DNA of 64,000 bases from an uncultured Ruminococcus sp. (GTDB lineage: Bacteria > Bacillota > Clostridia > Oscillospirales > Acutalibacteraceae), in assembly GCA_902798365.1 (NCBI GenBank), contig CADBWP010000013.1, positions 6,885-70,884 of the forward strand, in the 5' to 3' direction. Position numbers and translations under genes: made by a program. The notes under the pieces are model-generated. The model was not told where the DNA came from. It searched no databases and saw only the letters and a list, made by a program, of their open reading frames with translations. Position 1 is the stretch's first letter. Each line of letters starts with the position of its first letter. Of this stretch, positions 20,991-31,016 are shown one piece after another.

Positions 20991-22289
20991 ATGAGTATTG
21001 TATATACCTGCTTTTGCACCGATGTTATTCATGACGGGCATATGCGTATTATTTATGAAGCTAAAAAATATGGTGAGGTGATTATCGGCGCATTAAGCGA
21101 TGCCGCTCTGATCAGGTACAATCGATTTCCCACACTCAGCTTGGAAGAGAGAATTAGGCTGTATGAATCGCTTGACGGAGTTTCAAGGGTAATCGTACAG
21201 AACAGCATGATGTATGAGGATGTTATTCCTGTGCTGAAACCGGACTATGTGGTGCACGGCGATGACTGGCTTCGTAAGCCAAAGTCATACATAAGAAACC
21301 GCGTAATGGATTTGCTTGGCTATTATGACGGTAAGATAATTGACGTTCCATATACATTTACCGAAAACGCAAGAAAAACCGATGAACGGCTTAAAGAGAA
21401 ACTGTCGATGCCTGAGTACCGAAGAGCTCGCTTGCGCAAGCTTATTGGATTGTGTCCTATTGTAAAAACAATGGAGGCTCACAGCGGACTGACAGGTTTG
21501 ATAGCAGAAAAAACCGTTGTTGAAAACAAAGGTAAGCTTGACCAATTTGATGCTATGTGGGTGTCGTCGCTATGCGACAGTACCGACCGCGGAAAACCTA
21601 ATATAGAACTGGTAGATATGTCTTCCCGTCTGAGAACCATCAACGACATTATGGACGTAACAACCAAGCCTATTATTCTCGACGGAGATTCGGGCGGTTT
21701 AACAGAGCATTTTGTTTATAAGGTGAGAACCCTTGAGAGAATGGGCGTTTCAGCTATCATCATCGAGGACAAGACGGGCTTGAAGAAAAACTCTTTATTT
21801 GGTACTGAGGTTGAACAGACCCAGGACTCGGTTGAAAACTTTTGCGCAAAAATAGCAGCCGGAAAGAGAATACAGCTTACGGATGATTTTATGATAATTG
21901 CTCGTATTGAGAGTCTTATACTCGGTCGCGGAATAGATGACGCGCTGCAAAGAGCAAAGGCGTATGTTCAGGCGGGAGCAGACGGTATTATGATACACAG
22001 CTGCAAAAGTACGCCAGACGAAGTTTTTGAATTTTGTGATAAGTTCCGTGCAGAGGACAAGGTTACTCCGTTGGTGGCAATCCCGACAAGTTTCAGCACG
22101 GTAACCGAGGAAGAACTTGCGGAACATGGAGTGAGTATTGTTATTTATGCAAATCAACTTATGCGAGCAGCTTTTCCTGCCATGAAGAGGACAGCGGAAA
22201 TGATTTTGGAAAACCACAGAGCTTTTGAGGCAGACAAAATGCTGATGCCCTTTAAGGACATAATTTCATTGATAAATGAGATAGATTAG
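20991..22289 (+). CDS. aepX: Phosphoenolpyruvate mutase with N-terminal cytidylyltransferase-like domain
   Basis: PepM signature EDKTGLKKNS (EDKxxxxxNS), WVSSL, DGDSG, IARIESL; N-terminal HDGH and VHGDDW. Confidence 0.95.
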   Translation: MSIVYTCFCTDVIHDGHMRIIYEAKKYGEVIIGALSDAALIRYNRFPTLSLEERIRLYESLDGVSRVIVQNSMMYEDVIPVLKPDYVVHGDDWLRKPKSYIRNRVMDLLGYYDGKIIDVPYTFTENARKTDERLKEKLSMPEYRRARLRKLIGLCPIVKTMEAHSGLTGLIAEKTVVENKGKLDQFDAMWVSSLCDSTDRGKPNIELVDMSSRLRTINDIMDVTTKPIILDGDSGGLTEHFVYKVRTLERMGVSAIIIEDKTGLKKNSLFGTEVEQTQDSVENFCAKIAAGKRIQLTDDFMIIARIESLILGRGIDDALQRAKAYVQAGADGIMIHSCKSTPDEVFEFCDKFRAEDKVTPLVAIPTSFSTVTEEELAEHGVSIVIYANQLMRAAFPAMKRTAEMILENHRAFEADKMLMPFKDIISLINEID

Positions 22290-22297
22290 GATCGCGT

Positions 22298-23419
22298 ATG
22301 AAGGTAGAAAAACTGCTTGAGATAATCGGTGCGTCGTTTTATACAGGCGTGCCCGACAGCCTCCTTAAACCGCTGTGCGATTATTTGATGAATACGTACG
22401 GTATTAACAAAAAACACCACATAATTGCTGCAAACGAGGGAAACTGTGCTTCTCTTGCTGCGGGTTATCATTTGGCTACGAAAAAGGTTCCTGTTGTTTA
22501 TATGCAAAACAGCGGCGAGGGGAATATTATTAATCCGCTTGCGTCATTGCTTAACGATAAGGTATATGCCATTCCGATGGTTTTTATAATCGGCTGGCGC
22601 GGCGAACCGGGAGTGCATGACGAACCGCAGCACATATATCAAGGCGAGATAACCGTCAGTCTGATGGAAAATATGGGTGTCAAAGCCTTTGTTATCGGAA
22701 ACGACACGACCGATGAAGAAGTTCGGGACGCCATGAACGGATTTAGAGAATCGTTGAGAAACGGAAAGCAGGTTGCTTTTATTATCCGCAAAGGTGCGCT
22801 GAAGTGTGAAGGAAAACATATATATCAAAACGACAACACCATGAGACGTGAGGATATTATTCGGCATATTGTGCAGTTCAGCGGAGATGACCCGATAATA
22901 TCCACTACAGGTAAAGCAAGCCGGGAGCTTTTTGAAATAAGAGAAGCAAACGGTCAGAGTCATAAATATGACTTTTTGACAGTGGGGTCAATGGGGCATA
23001 CGTCTTCTATCGCTTTGGGAGTGGCGCTCAATAAACCCGAGAAAAATGTATGGTGTGTTGACGGTGACGGCTCGGCGCTTATGCATATGGGAGCTATGGC
23101 CGTTATAGGTGCCAATGCTCCCGATAACCTCATTCACATAGTAATTAATAACGGCTCTCATGAAACGGTTGGCGGAATGCCTACTGTAGCGGTAAATACA
23201 GACTTTGTTGCAATTGCAAAAGCATGCGGTTATCCAAATGCTGTAGGAGTGTGCACCTTTGACGGGCTTGACAAAGTACTGAAAGCTGCAAAAGCGCGTA
23301 ACGGTCTATCCTTTATTGAGGTGAAAAGCGCGTTGGGCGCAAGAGCGGATTTGGGAAGACCCACAACCTCGGCGTTAGACAACAAAAACAGCTTTATGGA
23401 TTATTTGAACAGCCTGTAA
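22298..23419 (+). CDS. aepY: Phosphonopyruvate decarboxylase
   Basis: GVPDSLLK, AANEG, YMQNSGEGN, DEPQH..QG, STTGKASRELFE, VGSMGH, DGDG TPP motif, DLGRP. Confidence 0.95.
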   Translation: MKVEKLLEIIGASFYTGVPDSLLKPLCDYLMNTYGINKKHHIIAANEGNCASLAAGYHLATKKVPVVYMQNSGEGNIINPLASLLNDKVYAIPMVFIIGWRGEPGVHDEPQHIYQGEITVSLMENMGVKAFVIGNDTTDEEVRDAMNGFRESLRNGKQVAFIIRKGALKCEGKHIYQNDNTMRREDIIRHIVQFSGDDPIISTTGKASRELFEIREANGQSHKYDFLTVGSMGHTSSIALGVALNKPEKNVWCVDGDGSALMHMGAMAVIGANAPDNLIHIVINNGSHETVGGMPTVAVNTDFVAIAKACGYPNAVGVCTFDGLDKVLKAAKARNGLSFIEVKSALGARADLGRPTTSALDNKNSFMDYLNSL

Positions 23420-23576
23420 TGTGCTTGTTTTGTTGTTTTAAAGACTTCTCGTCAACAGCGGAAACGACATCATAAAAAACACCATACTGTCAATTATGCT
23501 GGCTGCCATGTGCGGTTCCGTCCTGAATGACAGTATGGTTAATTATTTCAGTATTATAAAAAGGGACTGTTTTAAT

Positions 23577-25526
23577 ATGCAGCAGAAAAGAAAAGCCGAA
23601 AACCGCATTTCAAAATGGATAGACAGCCACAGCCTTGTCAGCTCCGCAATACTGTGCGCAGTATTCTTTCTGATCTGGTTTGCAATAAACAGCTTTCGCA
23701 TACATACGGCAGGCGATGATTTCAGTATTAACAGCCTGATAGAAAACAGAGAGCTTGGGGTGAGGTTTGTAGAATACTTTTACATGCTTTTTGCCTCGGC
23801 TATGCAGTCGCTTTTTTCTTTTATCAATTTCCACTTTGTTTTTCAGCAGATCATAGCAGTCACATCCGTTATAATCATTAACTGGTTGTTTATCAAACGG
23901 TGTCGGGGAATAAGAGGGGTGTTCTTTTCGGCCTTTTTCGATTTGGCTTTCTTTTCATCTTACCTTATATTCATACAGTTTACCCATACCTCCGCCGTCG
24001 GCTGTCTGGCAGGTATGCTTTTGGTCGTTTATTCCACTCTTTACGAGGAAAGAAAAAAAATACGTATCCTTCAAATAATCTGCGGATCGGTATTGGTACT
24101 GTTCTCATCACAAATGCGTTTTGACCCCTTTGCCGCAATGTTTGCGCTGTTTTGCACAGCCGCCTGCGCGTCGCTTCTTGTTGTATTCCTAAACCTCAGG
24201 CAGAATAATAACGCCAAAGAGGCGCTTAGACTTATGCTTAAAAGGTTTGGTAAAACTGCCGTTTCGGTGATTTTAATATCAGCGTGCGTTTTCGGTTTGT
24301 ACAAAGCATCCGGTGCATTGAAATACACGGTTGACGGTTACGAGGAGTTCGTTGAATACGGTTCGGCTCTCTCGGATGTGAACGACTACAAGGCTGCTTT
24401 TTATTATCAGAACCAAGAGTTTTACAACAGCATAGGGATAAACTCGGCAAACGACATTGACATGATTCATAACTGGATGGTTGATGTTGATTTCTTTACC
24501 GTGGATAAGCTCAAAGCTATTGATGATAACGCAAAGATACACGGAGACTACGACAGAGGCAACCGTTTTTCCTTTGACAAGGTGTTAAATTGGTACGGCG
24601 ACAGGTTCAGTTGGCACTTTGAAAGCGGTTTTATAATGATCGACGGACTGATTCTGCTTGTGCTTGTTTCGGGCTTGGTGGTGTTGCGAATAGCGTCAAA
24701 AAAGGTCTTTAACAAGCTTTTTCCGCTGTTTGTTTTGTCAGCTATGTGGCTGTTTTTCTTTGTGTCGCTCGATTACCGCGACGAATGCTGGTTGTTTGTG
24801 TTTCCTCTTTTGGCGCTTGTTCTGTATATCGGGATTTTTTACAGCGGCAGGCAAAGTCTTGTATCAATATTTGTCAGCGCCGTGTTCATTGTCCTTTATT
24901 TGTATTTGCAGTTTGAGAGGATCCATTTCAGAGCAACTCTATGCATTTTCCTGCCGGCGATCGTGCTGTTGATTTTTATGCTCTCAAACGGCAATCTTCA
25001 AAAAACCAAATTAAATACTCTGCTAAGGGTTCTCAGCCCCATACTTGTCACCGTTGTGCTTATAACCTCGGTTTTGACCGGTATGCGCGTATATCAGAAG
25101 TATATTTATTTGGAATACCCTGCCGATTGGGATGAAACCGTGTCGTATATAAAAGAACATCCCGAGAATGAGTTTATAGGAGAAGAAAGGTTTCGTTCCG
25201 GCAACACCTTCAATCCTTTTATCAAAAATGACGCGCCCGAAAACAGGGCAAGCTTCGGCGGATGGGATATCAAAAGCCAAACTCATCAAAACAAATTCAA
25301 GAAGCTCGGCATAAACCACCTGTTCAAAGATGCGATCGACGGCAATATAGTCTTTGTTTTTTATACCTATGACGGTGATTACGGCTTACCCGAAGTCAAA
25401 GCGAACGCTTTTGCCGAATATTACAACGAACACTATGCGGCGCCGGGTGAAACGATCGAGCTTGAAAAGGTGAAGGATTATACTCACTATTACCTGTATC
25501 GTGTGGTTTCCGAAAAAACGCAATAA
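23577..25526 (+). CDS. Polytopic membrane protein of unknown function (possibly GT-C-like glycan-modifying enzyme)
   Basis: AAGGGA RBS plus ATG 23577; more than 10 hydrophobic segments; DD after the first TM (AGDDF); soluble loops. Confidence 0.65.
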   Translation: MQQKRKAENRISKWIDSHSLVSSAILCAVFFLIWFAINSFRIHTAGDDFSINSLIENRELGVRFVEYFYMLFASAMQSLFSFINFHFVFQQIIAVTSVIIINWLFIKRCRGIRGVFFSAFFDLAFFSSYLIFIQFTHTSAVGCLAGMLLVVYSTLYEERKKIRILQIICGSVLVLFSSQMRFDPFAAMFALFCTAACASLLVVFLNLRQNNNAKEALRLMLKRFGKTAVSVILISACVFGLYKASGALKYTVDGYEEFVEYGSALSDVNDYKAAFYYQNQEFYNSIGINSANDIDMIHNWMVDVDFFTVDKLKAIDDNAKIHGDYDRGNRFSFDKVLNWYGDRFSWHFESGFIMIDGLILLVLVSGLVVLRIASKKVFNKLFPLFVLSAMWLFFFVSLDYRDECWLFVFPLLALVLYIGIFYSGRQSLVSIFVSAVFIVLYLYLQFERIHFRATLCIFLPAIVLLIFMLSNGNLQKTKLNTLLRVLSPILVTVVLITSVLTGMRVYQKYIYLEYPADWDETVSYIKEHPENEFIGEERFRSGNTFNPFIKNDAPENRASFGGWDIKSQTHQNKFKKLGINHLFKDAIDGNIVFVFYTYDGDYGLPEVKANAFAEYYNEHYAAPGETIELEKVKDYTHYYLYRVVSEKTQ

Positions 25527-25534
25527 AAACCATA

Positions 25535-25567
25535 AACTGTCGGCTGCGGTCGGCGGTTTTTGTTTTG
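25535..25567 (+). terminator. Probable intrinsic terminator
   Basis: AACTGTCGGC-TGCG-GTCGGCGGTT stem (G-U pairs) followed by a T-rich tract. Confidence 0.55.
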
Positions 25568-25633
25568 CCGCTTTTGTTTATTGTCATAAAGCCGGATATA
25601 ATGCAACAGCCGAACAAAAAATCGTTTTAGGCA

Positions 25634-25662
25634 TTGCATTAATTCCGAAAAGATGATAAAAT
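25634..25662 (+). promoter_or_regulatory. Sigma-A-type promoter of the galactoside operon
   Basis: TTGCAT-N17-TAAAAT with extended -10 TG. Confidence 0.6.
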
Positions 25663-25689
25663 ATAAACAATTGTATAATAATTATTAAC

Positions 25690-25722
25690 TTTTTAAGACC
25701 AAATTATATAAAGTCTTAAAAA
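25690..25722. promoter_or_regulatory. Inverted repeat, candidate operator
   Basis: TTTTTAAGAC-N13-GTCTTAAAAA between the promoter and the RBS. Confidence 0.45.
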
Positions 25723-25753
25723 ATCAACTCTGAACATCAAAAGGGGGTTCGCT

Positions 25754-27223
25754 ATGAACGACAAATCAAAGGTTATTTTCGGCAACAAAATAAGCGGCAG
25801 GGCGCAGCGTAAGGCTGAAAAAACCAAGCGCAAATACAAAAGAAAGTACGGCGACGACAGCGGTGCGCACTACAGCGTAAAAATATCGGAGAACGCCTGC
25901 CTGTTCAAGCCCCTGGGCGTGTATAACATCAGGGTAGGCGAGGGCTCGGGCGGTAAACAGTTTGACAGCGAAATGGGAGTTATTGTCGGCAACATCCGCA
26001 TGGGCTTCGGTCATTACCGCATATCTATCGCAATGGCGTCGGCGGCTCACGCAATGGGCTACACCCCGTACTGGATGGATCTCAACTCCTTTCCCGACAC
26101 CACCTGCACAAAGGTGATCGGCGCGCAAAACGACCTTTATTCGCTCGGTTCGCGCATTTCTCAAAAGAGCAGGCTGTTCAACAAAACGGTATGGGAGCCG
26201 CTCAATTACGAAGGCTTCCGTCAGCTCAGCTATAATTCCTCCGACCAAAAGAACGCCGAGCTGATGGCGACGGTTTTCGAGAACGTGCCCAAGGATATTC
26301 CCGTCATCGGCACTCATGTGTGGCCTGCACAGGCGGCGCTTCACGCGGGCATGCGCTATGTTGTGAACGCCATACCCGACAACTGGCCTATGGCGCTTCA
26401 CCTTGCCGAGGGCAGCGTTCACACCGTTCAGACCCATCAGTCCTACATAGGCTACCGCATACTCAACGGTATGCAGAAGAACGACGTGCTTAAGCCCATG
26501 CCTGCCGACAGCCTTGTTTATACCGGGCACTATATAGACCACGAGCTTGCGGCAAATCTTGAGGCGGACTGTGACCGCAGGCTGGTTCGCAAGAAAAACG
26601 GCAAGCCAATGCGCTTTTTGCTGACTATCGGCGGCGCCGGAGCCCAGCGAGAGCTGTTTGCGGCGGTGATACGCCACCTTATACCGTTTGTGCGCAGAAA
26701 CAAGGCGGTGATTTATGTCAACGTGGGCGACTACAAAAAGGTGTGGGAGGAGCTTTGCGCCGAAATAAGAGAGCTTGACAAGATGAGCAAAACCCACTTC
26801 AACGATTGGAGCGACACCGAGGCGTTTGCAAATGCGGCGATCGACGGTGACGTAAAGGGCATACACGCCTTTTGGCACGAGAACATTTTTGAGGCGGTAT
26901 ATTGCACCAATCTGCTTATGCGTTCCTGCGACGTGCTGCTCACAAAGCCGAGCGAGCTGGCGTTTTATCCGGTTCCGAAGCTGTTTTTAAAGCGCATAGG
27001 CGGCCACGAAAAATGGGGAGCAATACACTCCGCCGAGATGGGCGACGGCACCCTTGAATGTGCCGACGTTCCGCACACGCTGTAAATGGTTGACATGTTC
27101 CTTAACGAAAAGGAGCTGTTTGAGCAGATGTGCACTCAAATAAAGATAAACAAATCCATAGGGCTTTACGACGGCGCCTACAAGGCGGTAGAGCTTGCCA
27201 TGAATCTGAAAAACAAGGGGTAA
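25754..27223 (+). pseudogene. GT-B fold (GT28/MGDG-synthase-like) protein with in-frame TAA at 27083-27085
   Basis: MGFGH, THVWPA, IGGAG, LMRSCDVLLTKP motifs; the frame continues 45 codons past the TAA to TAA 27223, just before the next RBS. Confidence 0.65.
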
Positions 27224-27237
27224 CCCCGGGAGGAAAT

Positions 27238-28641
27238 ATGAAACGCTTAACCAAAAGACAAATGAGGATATTTGCCGTGGGTCAGCTCGGCTGGTCAACG
27301 CTCAGCGGAATAATCAGCGCGTGGTTCGTCACCTTTTATCTGCCCACGCAAAACGACATAAACGGCGGCGCCGTTCAGTACATAGCGCCCGGTCTGGTGA
27401 TCGGCGGCTTTCTTACCGTGCTGGGTCTCATCACAGCCCTGTCGCGTGTGTTTGACGCAGTTACCGATCCTCTCATAGCGTCCCTGTCCGACAGAAGCAA
27501 AAACAAGCGCGGCAGAAGGATCCCCTTCATGCAGTATGCTGCCGTGCCGCTTTCGGTGGTCACGGTGCTGCTGTTCTGCGCGCCTGCCGAGCAGATAAGC
27601 TCTGTAAACGTGGTGTGGATCTCCATATTCATCGTGCTGTTTTACCTGTTTATGACCATGTACTGCACGCCCTACAACGCCCTCATTTCCGAGTTCGGCA
27701 AAACTCAGGACGACCGTATGTACATCTCAACCGCTATTTCGCTCACGTTTTTTGCAGGTACAATGCTCGCCTACACGCCGTTTGCGTTTGCAGGTATGCT
27801 GCGCGACAGCTTCGGCTTTGCGTGGAGCTACCGCATCTGCTTCATCATACTGGCAGTCATCTCCTGTATATGCATGCTGATCCCCACCTTCTGCCTTAAG
27901 GAGAAGGATTTTGTTGAAACAAAGCCGTCAAACTCAAACATGTTCAAGTCGCTCGGCGCAACCTTCAGAAACAAAAGCTTTCGCACCTTTGTGGGCTCCG
28001 ACATCATGTACTGGGTGGGTCTTACCCTGTTCCAGACAGGTCTGCCGTTCTTTGTAAAGGTTTCAATGAAGCTCGACGAATCGTTTACAATGATCTTCCT
28101 CGGCGGCATGACTGTGCTTTCGGCGGCGTTCTATCCGTTCGTGCCCAAGCTTGTTAAAAAATTCGGCAAGAAAAGGCTCGTTATCACGGGCTTCCTTGGT
28201 CTGGCGCTCGCCTATGTTATAGCAGGTCTCATCGGCGTTATCGGTACCACCGTCGTTCCGGGCATAGTATATGGCGTGCTCATCTGCGTCATAGCGGCAT
28301 TCCCGATGGCGCTGCTCGGCATTATCCCGCAGTCGATAGTTGCCGACGTTGCCGAGGCAGACGGCTATGAAACAGGCGAAAACCGCGAGGGAATGTTCTT
28401 TGCCGCGCGCACCTTTGCCATGAAGTTCGGCCAGTCGCTTGCAATGCTGGTGTTCACCTCGCTGGCGATCATCGGCACTACCCAAAACACAAACAGCAAC
28501 GACATCACCGCATCGGTTTTAGGCATGACCATAGTCGGCTTTGTCGCCGTGGCTTTCTGTACTCTCGGCGCTTTGATCCTCAGCCTGTACAACGAAAAGA
28601 AGGTCATGTCAACAATAGAAAAGAAAAACAAAAACAAGTAA
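27238..28641 (+). CDS. MFS glycoside-pentoside-hexuronide (MelB-like) transporter
   Basis: GGGAGG RBS plus ATG 27238; FDAVTDPL...SDR...GRR.PF, PYNAL, ADVAEAD..ETG..REGMFF. Confidence 0.9.
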   Translation: MKRLTKRQMRIFAVGQLGWSTLSGIISAWFVTFYLPTQNDINGGAVQYIAPGLVIGGFLTVLGLITALSRVFDAVTDPLIASLSDRSKNKRGRRIPFMQYAAVPLSVVTVLLFCAPAEQISSVNVVWISIFIVLFYLFMTMYCTPYNALISEFGKTQDDRMYISTAISLTFFAGTMLAYTPFAFAGMLRDSFGFAWSYRICFIILAVISCICMLIPTFCLKEKDFVETKPSNSNMFKSLGATFRNKSFRTFVGSDIMYWVGLTLFQTGLPFFVKVSMKLDESFTMIFLGGMTVLSAAFYPFVPKLVKKFGKKRLVITGFLGLALAYVIAGLIGVIGTTVVPGIVYGVLICVIAAFPMALLGIIPQSIVADVAEADGYETGENREGMFFAARTFAMKFGQSLAMLVFTSLAIIGTTQNTNSNDITASVLGMTIVGFVAVAFCTLGALILSLYNEKKVMSTIEKKNKNK

Positions 28642-28655
28642 GCCGGGTGATTTGA

Positions 28656-31016
28656 TTGATTAGAAAACTGAGCGGCAAACGCACCGCGTTTGTGCTCGAT
28701 ACCGAAAACACGACCTACGCTTTTTCCGTTACGCCCTCGGGGCATTTGGAGCACCTGTATTACGGCGGCAAAATAAACCTCGGCTCCGCCGCCGACTGCG
28801 AGGTGTTCCGCGAAAAGCGCGAGTTTGAGGCGGGCAACAGCATTGTTTATTCAAAGGAGTACCCGACCGTGCTGCTTGAGGACATGTGCCTCGAATTTTC
28901 CGCTCCGGGTCACGGTGACGTGCGCGAGCCGTTTTTGGAGCTTGTAAGAGCCGACGGAAGCCGCAGCTCCGACTTTCTGTATTCAGGCTCCCAAGCGGAC
29001 GCCGAGCCCTCCGATTTTGCCACTCTGCCGTCATCTTACGCCGAGAAGGGCAAGACGGAGCATCTTTGTGTTACCGTGCGCGACGGCGATTTTGTTCTGG
29101 AGCTGCACTACCGCGTTTATCCCGACTGCGACGTTATCACGCGCAGCGCAAGGCTTATCAACAAGGGCAAGGAGCCGTTCGTGCTTGAACGCCTTATGAG
29201 CGCTCAGGTTGATATCCCGTTCAGCGGCGTATGCGTCACCTCGTTCCACGGCGCATGGGCGAGAGAGATGAACAAAAACACCGCCTTGCTCACCGCAGGA
29301 AAGTTTGTGGTGGAGAGCCGCGCAGGCTGCTCGTCAAATCGCGCAAACCCGTTTTTTATGGTTCATTCGCCGTCCGCCACCGAGCACACGGGCAGCGTAT
29401 ATGGCTTTAACCTGATATACAGCGGCAACCACTATGCCGCCGCCGAGGTGAACGCCTACGGCAAAACAAGGATAATCAGCGGAATCCAGCCCTCCGGTTT
29501 TTCCGCTTTGCTTGAACCGGGCGAAAGCTTTGAAGCGCCCGAGGCTGTAATGACCTTTTCGGCGCAGGGCTTTTCGGGTCAAAGCGTCAACATGCACCGC
29601 TTTGTGCGCGACCATATAGTTCGCGGCGAGTGGAAGCGCAAGCCGCGCCCGGTTTTGCTGAACAGCTGGGAGGCGTTCTATTTCAAGATCAACGAGCGCG
29701 ACCTTGTTTCGCTTGCGAAATCCGGAAAAAAGCTGGGTGCCGAGCTGTTCGTTCTTGACGACGGCTGGTTTGGCGAAAGGGATAACGACACAAAGGCGCT
29801 GGGCGACTGGGAGCCGAACAAAACCAAGCTGCCCGGCGGACTTAAATCGCTTGCAGATAAAATCAACGCGCTCGGCATGAGCTTCGGCATCTGGGTGGAG
29901 CCCGAAATGGTCAGTACCGACAGCAGTCTTTACCGCAGGCACCCCGATTGGGCAATGGCAATAAAGGGCAAGCTGCATTCCGAGGGCAGAAACCAGCGCG
30001 TGCTCGACCTTGCCAACCCTGCCGTGCAGGACTTTTTGATAAATAAGATGACCGAGGTCTTTTCCTCGGCTGATATTTCATATGTAAAATGGGACATGAA
30101 CCGAATATTCTCGGATGTTTTCTCGCCCTATCTGCCGCCAAAACGTCAGGGAGAGACCGCTCACCGCTACATCTGCGGACTGTACCGCGTTATGAAAACC
30201 CTTACCGAACGCTTCCCCAAGATTCTTTTCGAGGGCTGCGCCTCGGGCGGAAACCGTTTTGATCTGGGCATACTCTGCTATTTTCCGCAAATTTGGGCGA
30301 GCGACAACACCGACCCCCTGTGCCGAGTTGCCATTCAGGAGGGTTACAGCTACGGCTATCCGCAGTCCTGCGTAGGCGCGCATGTCAGCGCCTCGCCAAA
30401 CCATCAGACCCTCAGAAAAACGCCCATAGAAACGCGCTTCGGAGTGTCGGCGTTCGGCGTGCTCGGCTATGAGTGCGACGTGCGCGACTTTAACGCCGTT
30501 ACAAAAGAAAAGGTGGCGCGTCAGATCGCTCTTTACAAGAAATGGAGAAGCGTTTTGCAGTACGGTCAGTTTTACCGTGTGCTGTTGGGCAATGTCCACG
30601 AGTGGATATGCGTTTCGCGCGACAAGACCCGCGCCGTCGGTCTGCTTATGCAGGAGCTTACCCGACCTAACACACAGGCTCAGCGCTTTTATGCCGCAGG
30701 GCTTGACCCCGCCCTCAGCTATCGTCTGTACAGCATAGCCGAGAGGATAGACGTCAGACAGTTCGGCAGCCTTATAAACACCGTGACGCCTGTTCATGTA
30801 AAGCAGGATTCACTTGTGCACAACGTTATAGCCAGAGCGGTAAAAATGAGCGGAGAAACCGAAAACATAACCGCAACGGGCGGGATACTGATGCACACGG
30901 GCGTTGCCCTCAGCCCAGCCTTTGCAGGCACGGGCTTCAACGAAAACGTGAGGATATTCAGCGACTTTTCATCAAGGCTGTATTTTATAGAGGCAGAACA
31001 GAGGAAGTCGAGATGA
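28656..31016 (+). CDS. Alpha-galactosidase, GH36
   Basis: NSWEA.YF, LFVLDDGWFG, LGDW, FGIWVEPEM, YVKWDMNR, FEGCASGGNRFD, WASDNTD. Confidence 0.95.
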   Translation: MIRKLSGKRTAFVLDTENTTYAFSVTPSGHLEHLYYGGKINLGSAADCEVFREKREFEAGNSIVYSKEYPTVLLEDMCLEFSAPGHGDVREPFLELVRADGSRSSDFLYSGSQADAEPSDFATLPSSYAEKGKTEHLCVTVRDGDFVLELHYRVYPDCDVITRSARLINKGKEPFVLERLMSAQVDIPFSGVCVTSFHGAWAREMNKNTALLTAGKFVVESRAGCSSNRANPFFMVHSPSATEHTGSVYGFNLIYSGNHYAAAEVNAYGKTRIISGIQPSGFSALLEPGESFEAPEAVMTFSAQGFSGQSVNMHRFVRDHIVRGEWKRKPRPVLLNSWEAFYFKINERDLVSLAKSGKKLGAELFVLDDGWFGERDNDTKALGDWEPNKTKLPGGLKSLADKINALGMSFGIWVEPEMVSTDSSLYRRHPDWAMAIKGKLHSEGRNQRVLDLANPAVQDFLINKMTEVFSSADISYVKWDMNRIFSDVFSPYLPPKRQGETAHRYICGLYRVMKTLTERFPKILFEGCASGGNRFDLGILCYFPQIWASDNTDPLCRVAIQEGYSYGYPQSCVGAHVSASPNHQTLRKTPIETRFGVSAFGVLGYECDVRDFNAVTKEKVARQIALYKKWRSVLQYGQFYRVLLGNVHEWICVSRDKTRAVGLLMQELTRPNTQAQRFYAAGLDPALSYRLYSIAERIDVRQFGSLINTVTPVHVKQDSLVHNVIARAVKMSGETENITATGGILMHTGVALSPAFAGTGFNENVRIFSDFSSRLYFIEAEQRKSR

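Noticed and set aside
27083..27085. Programmed stop-codon readthrough or recoding
   Set aside because: TAA is used as a normal stop throughout the window; a point mutation or sequencing error is simpler
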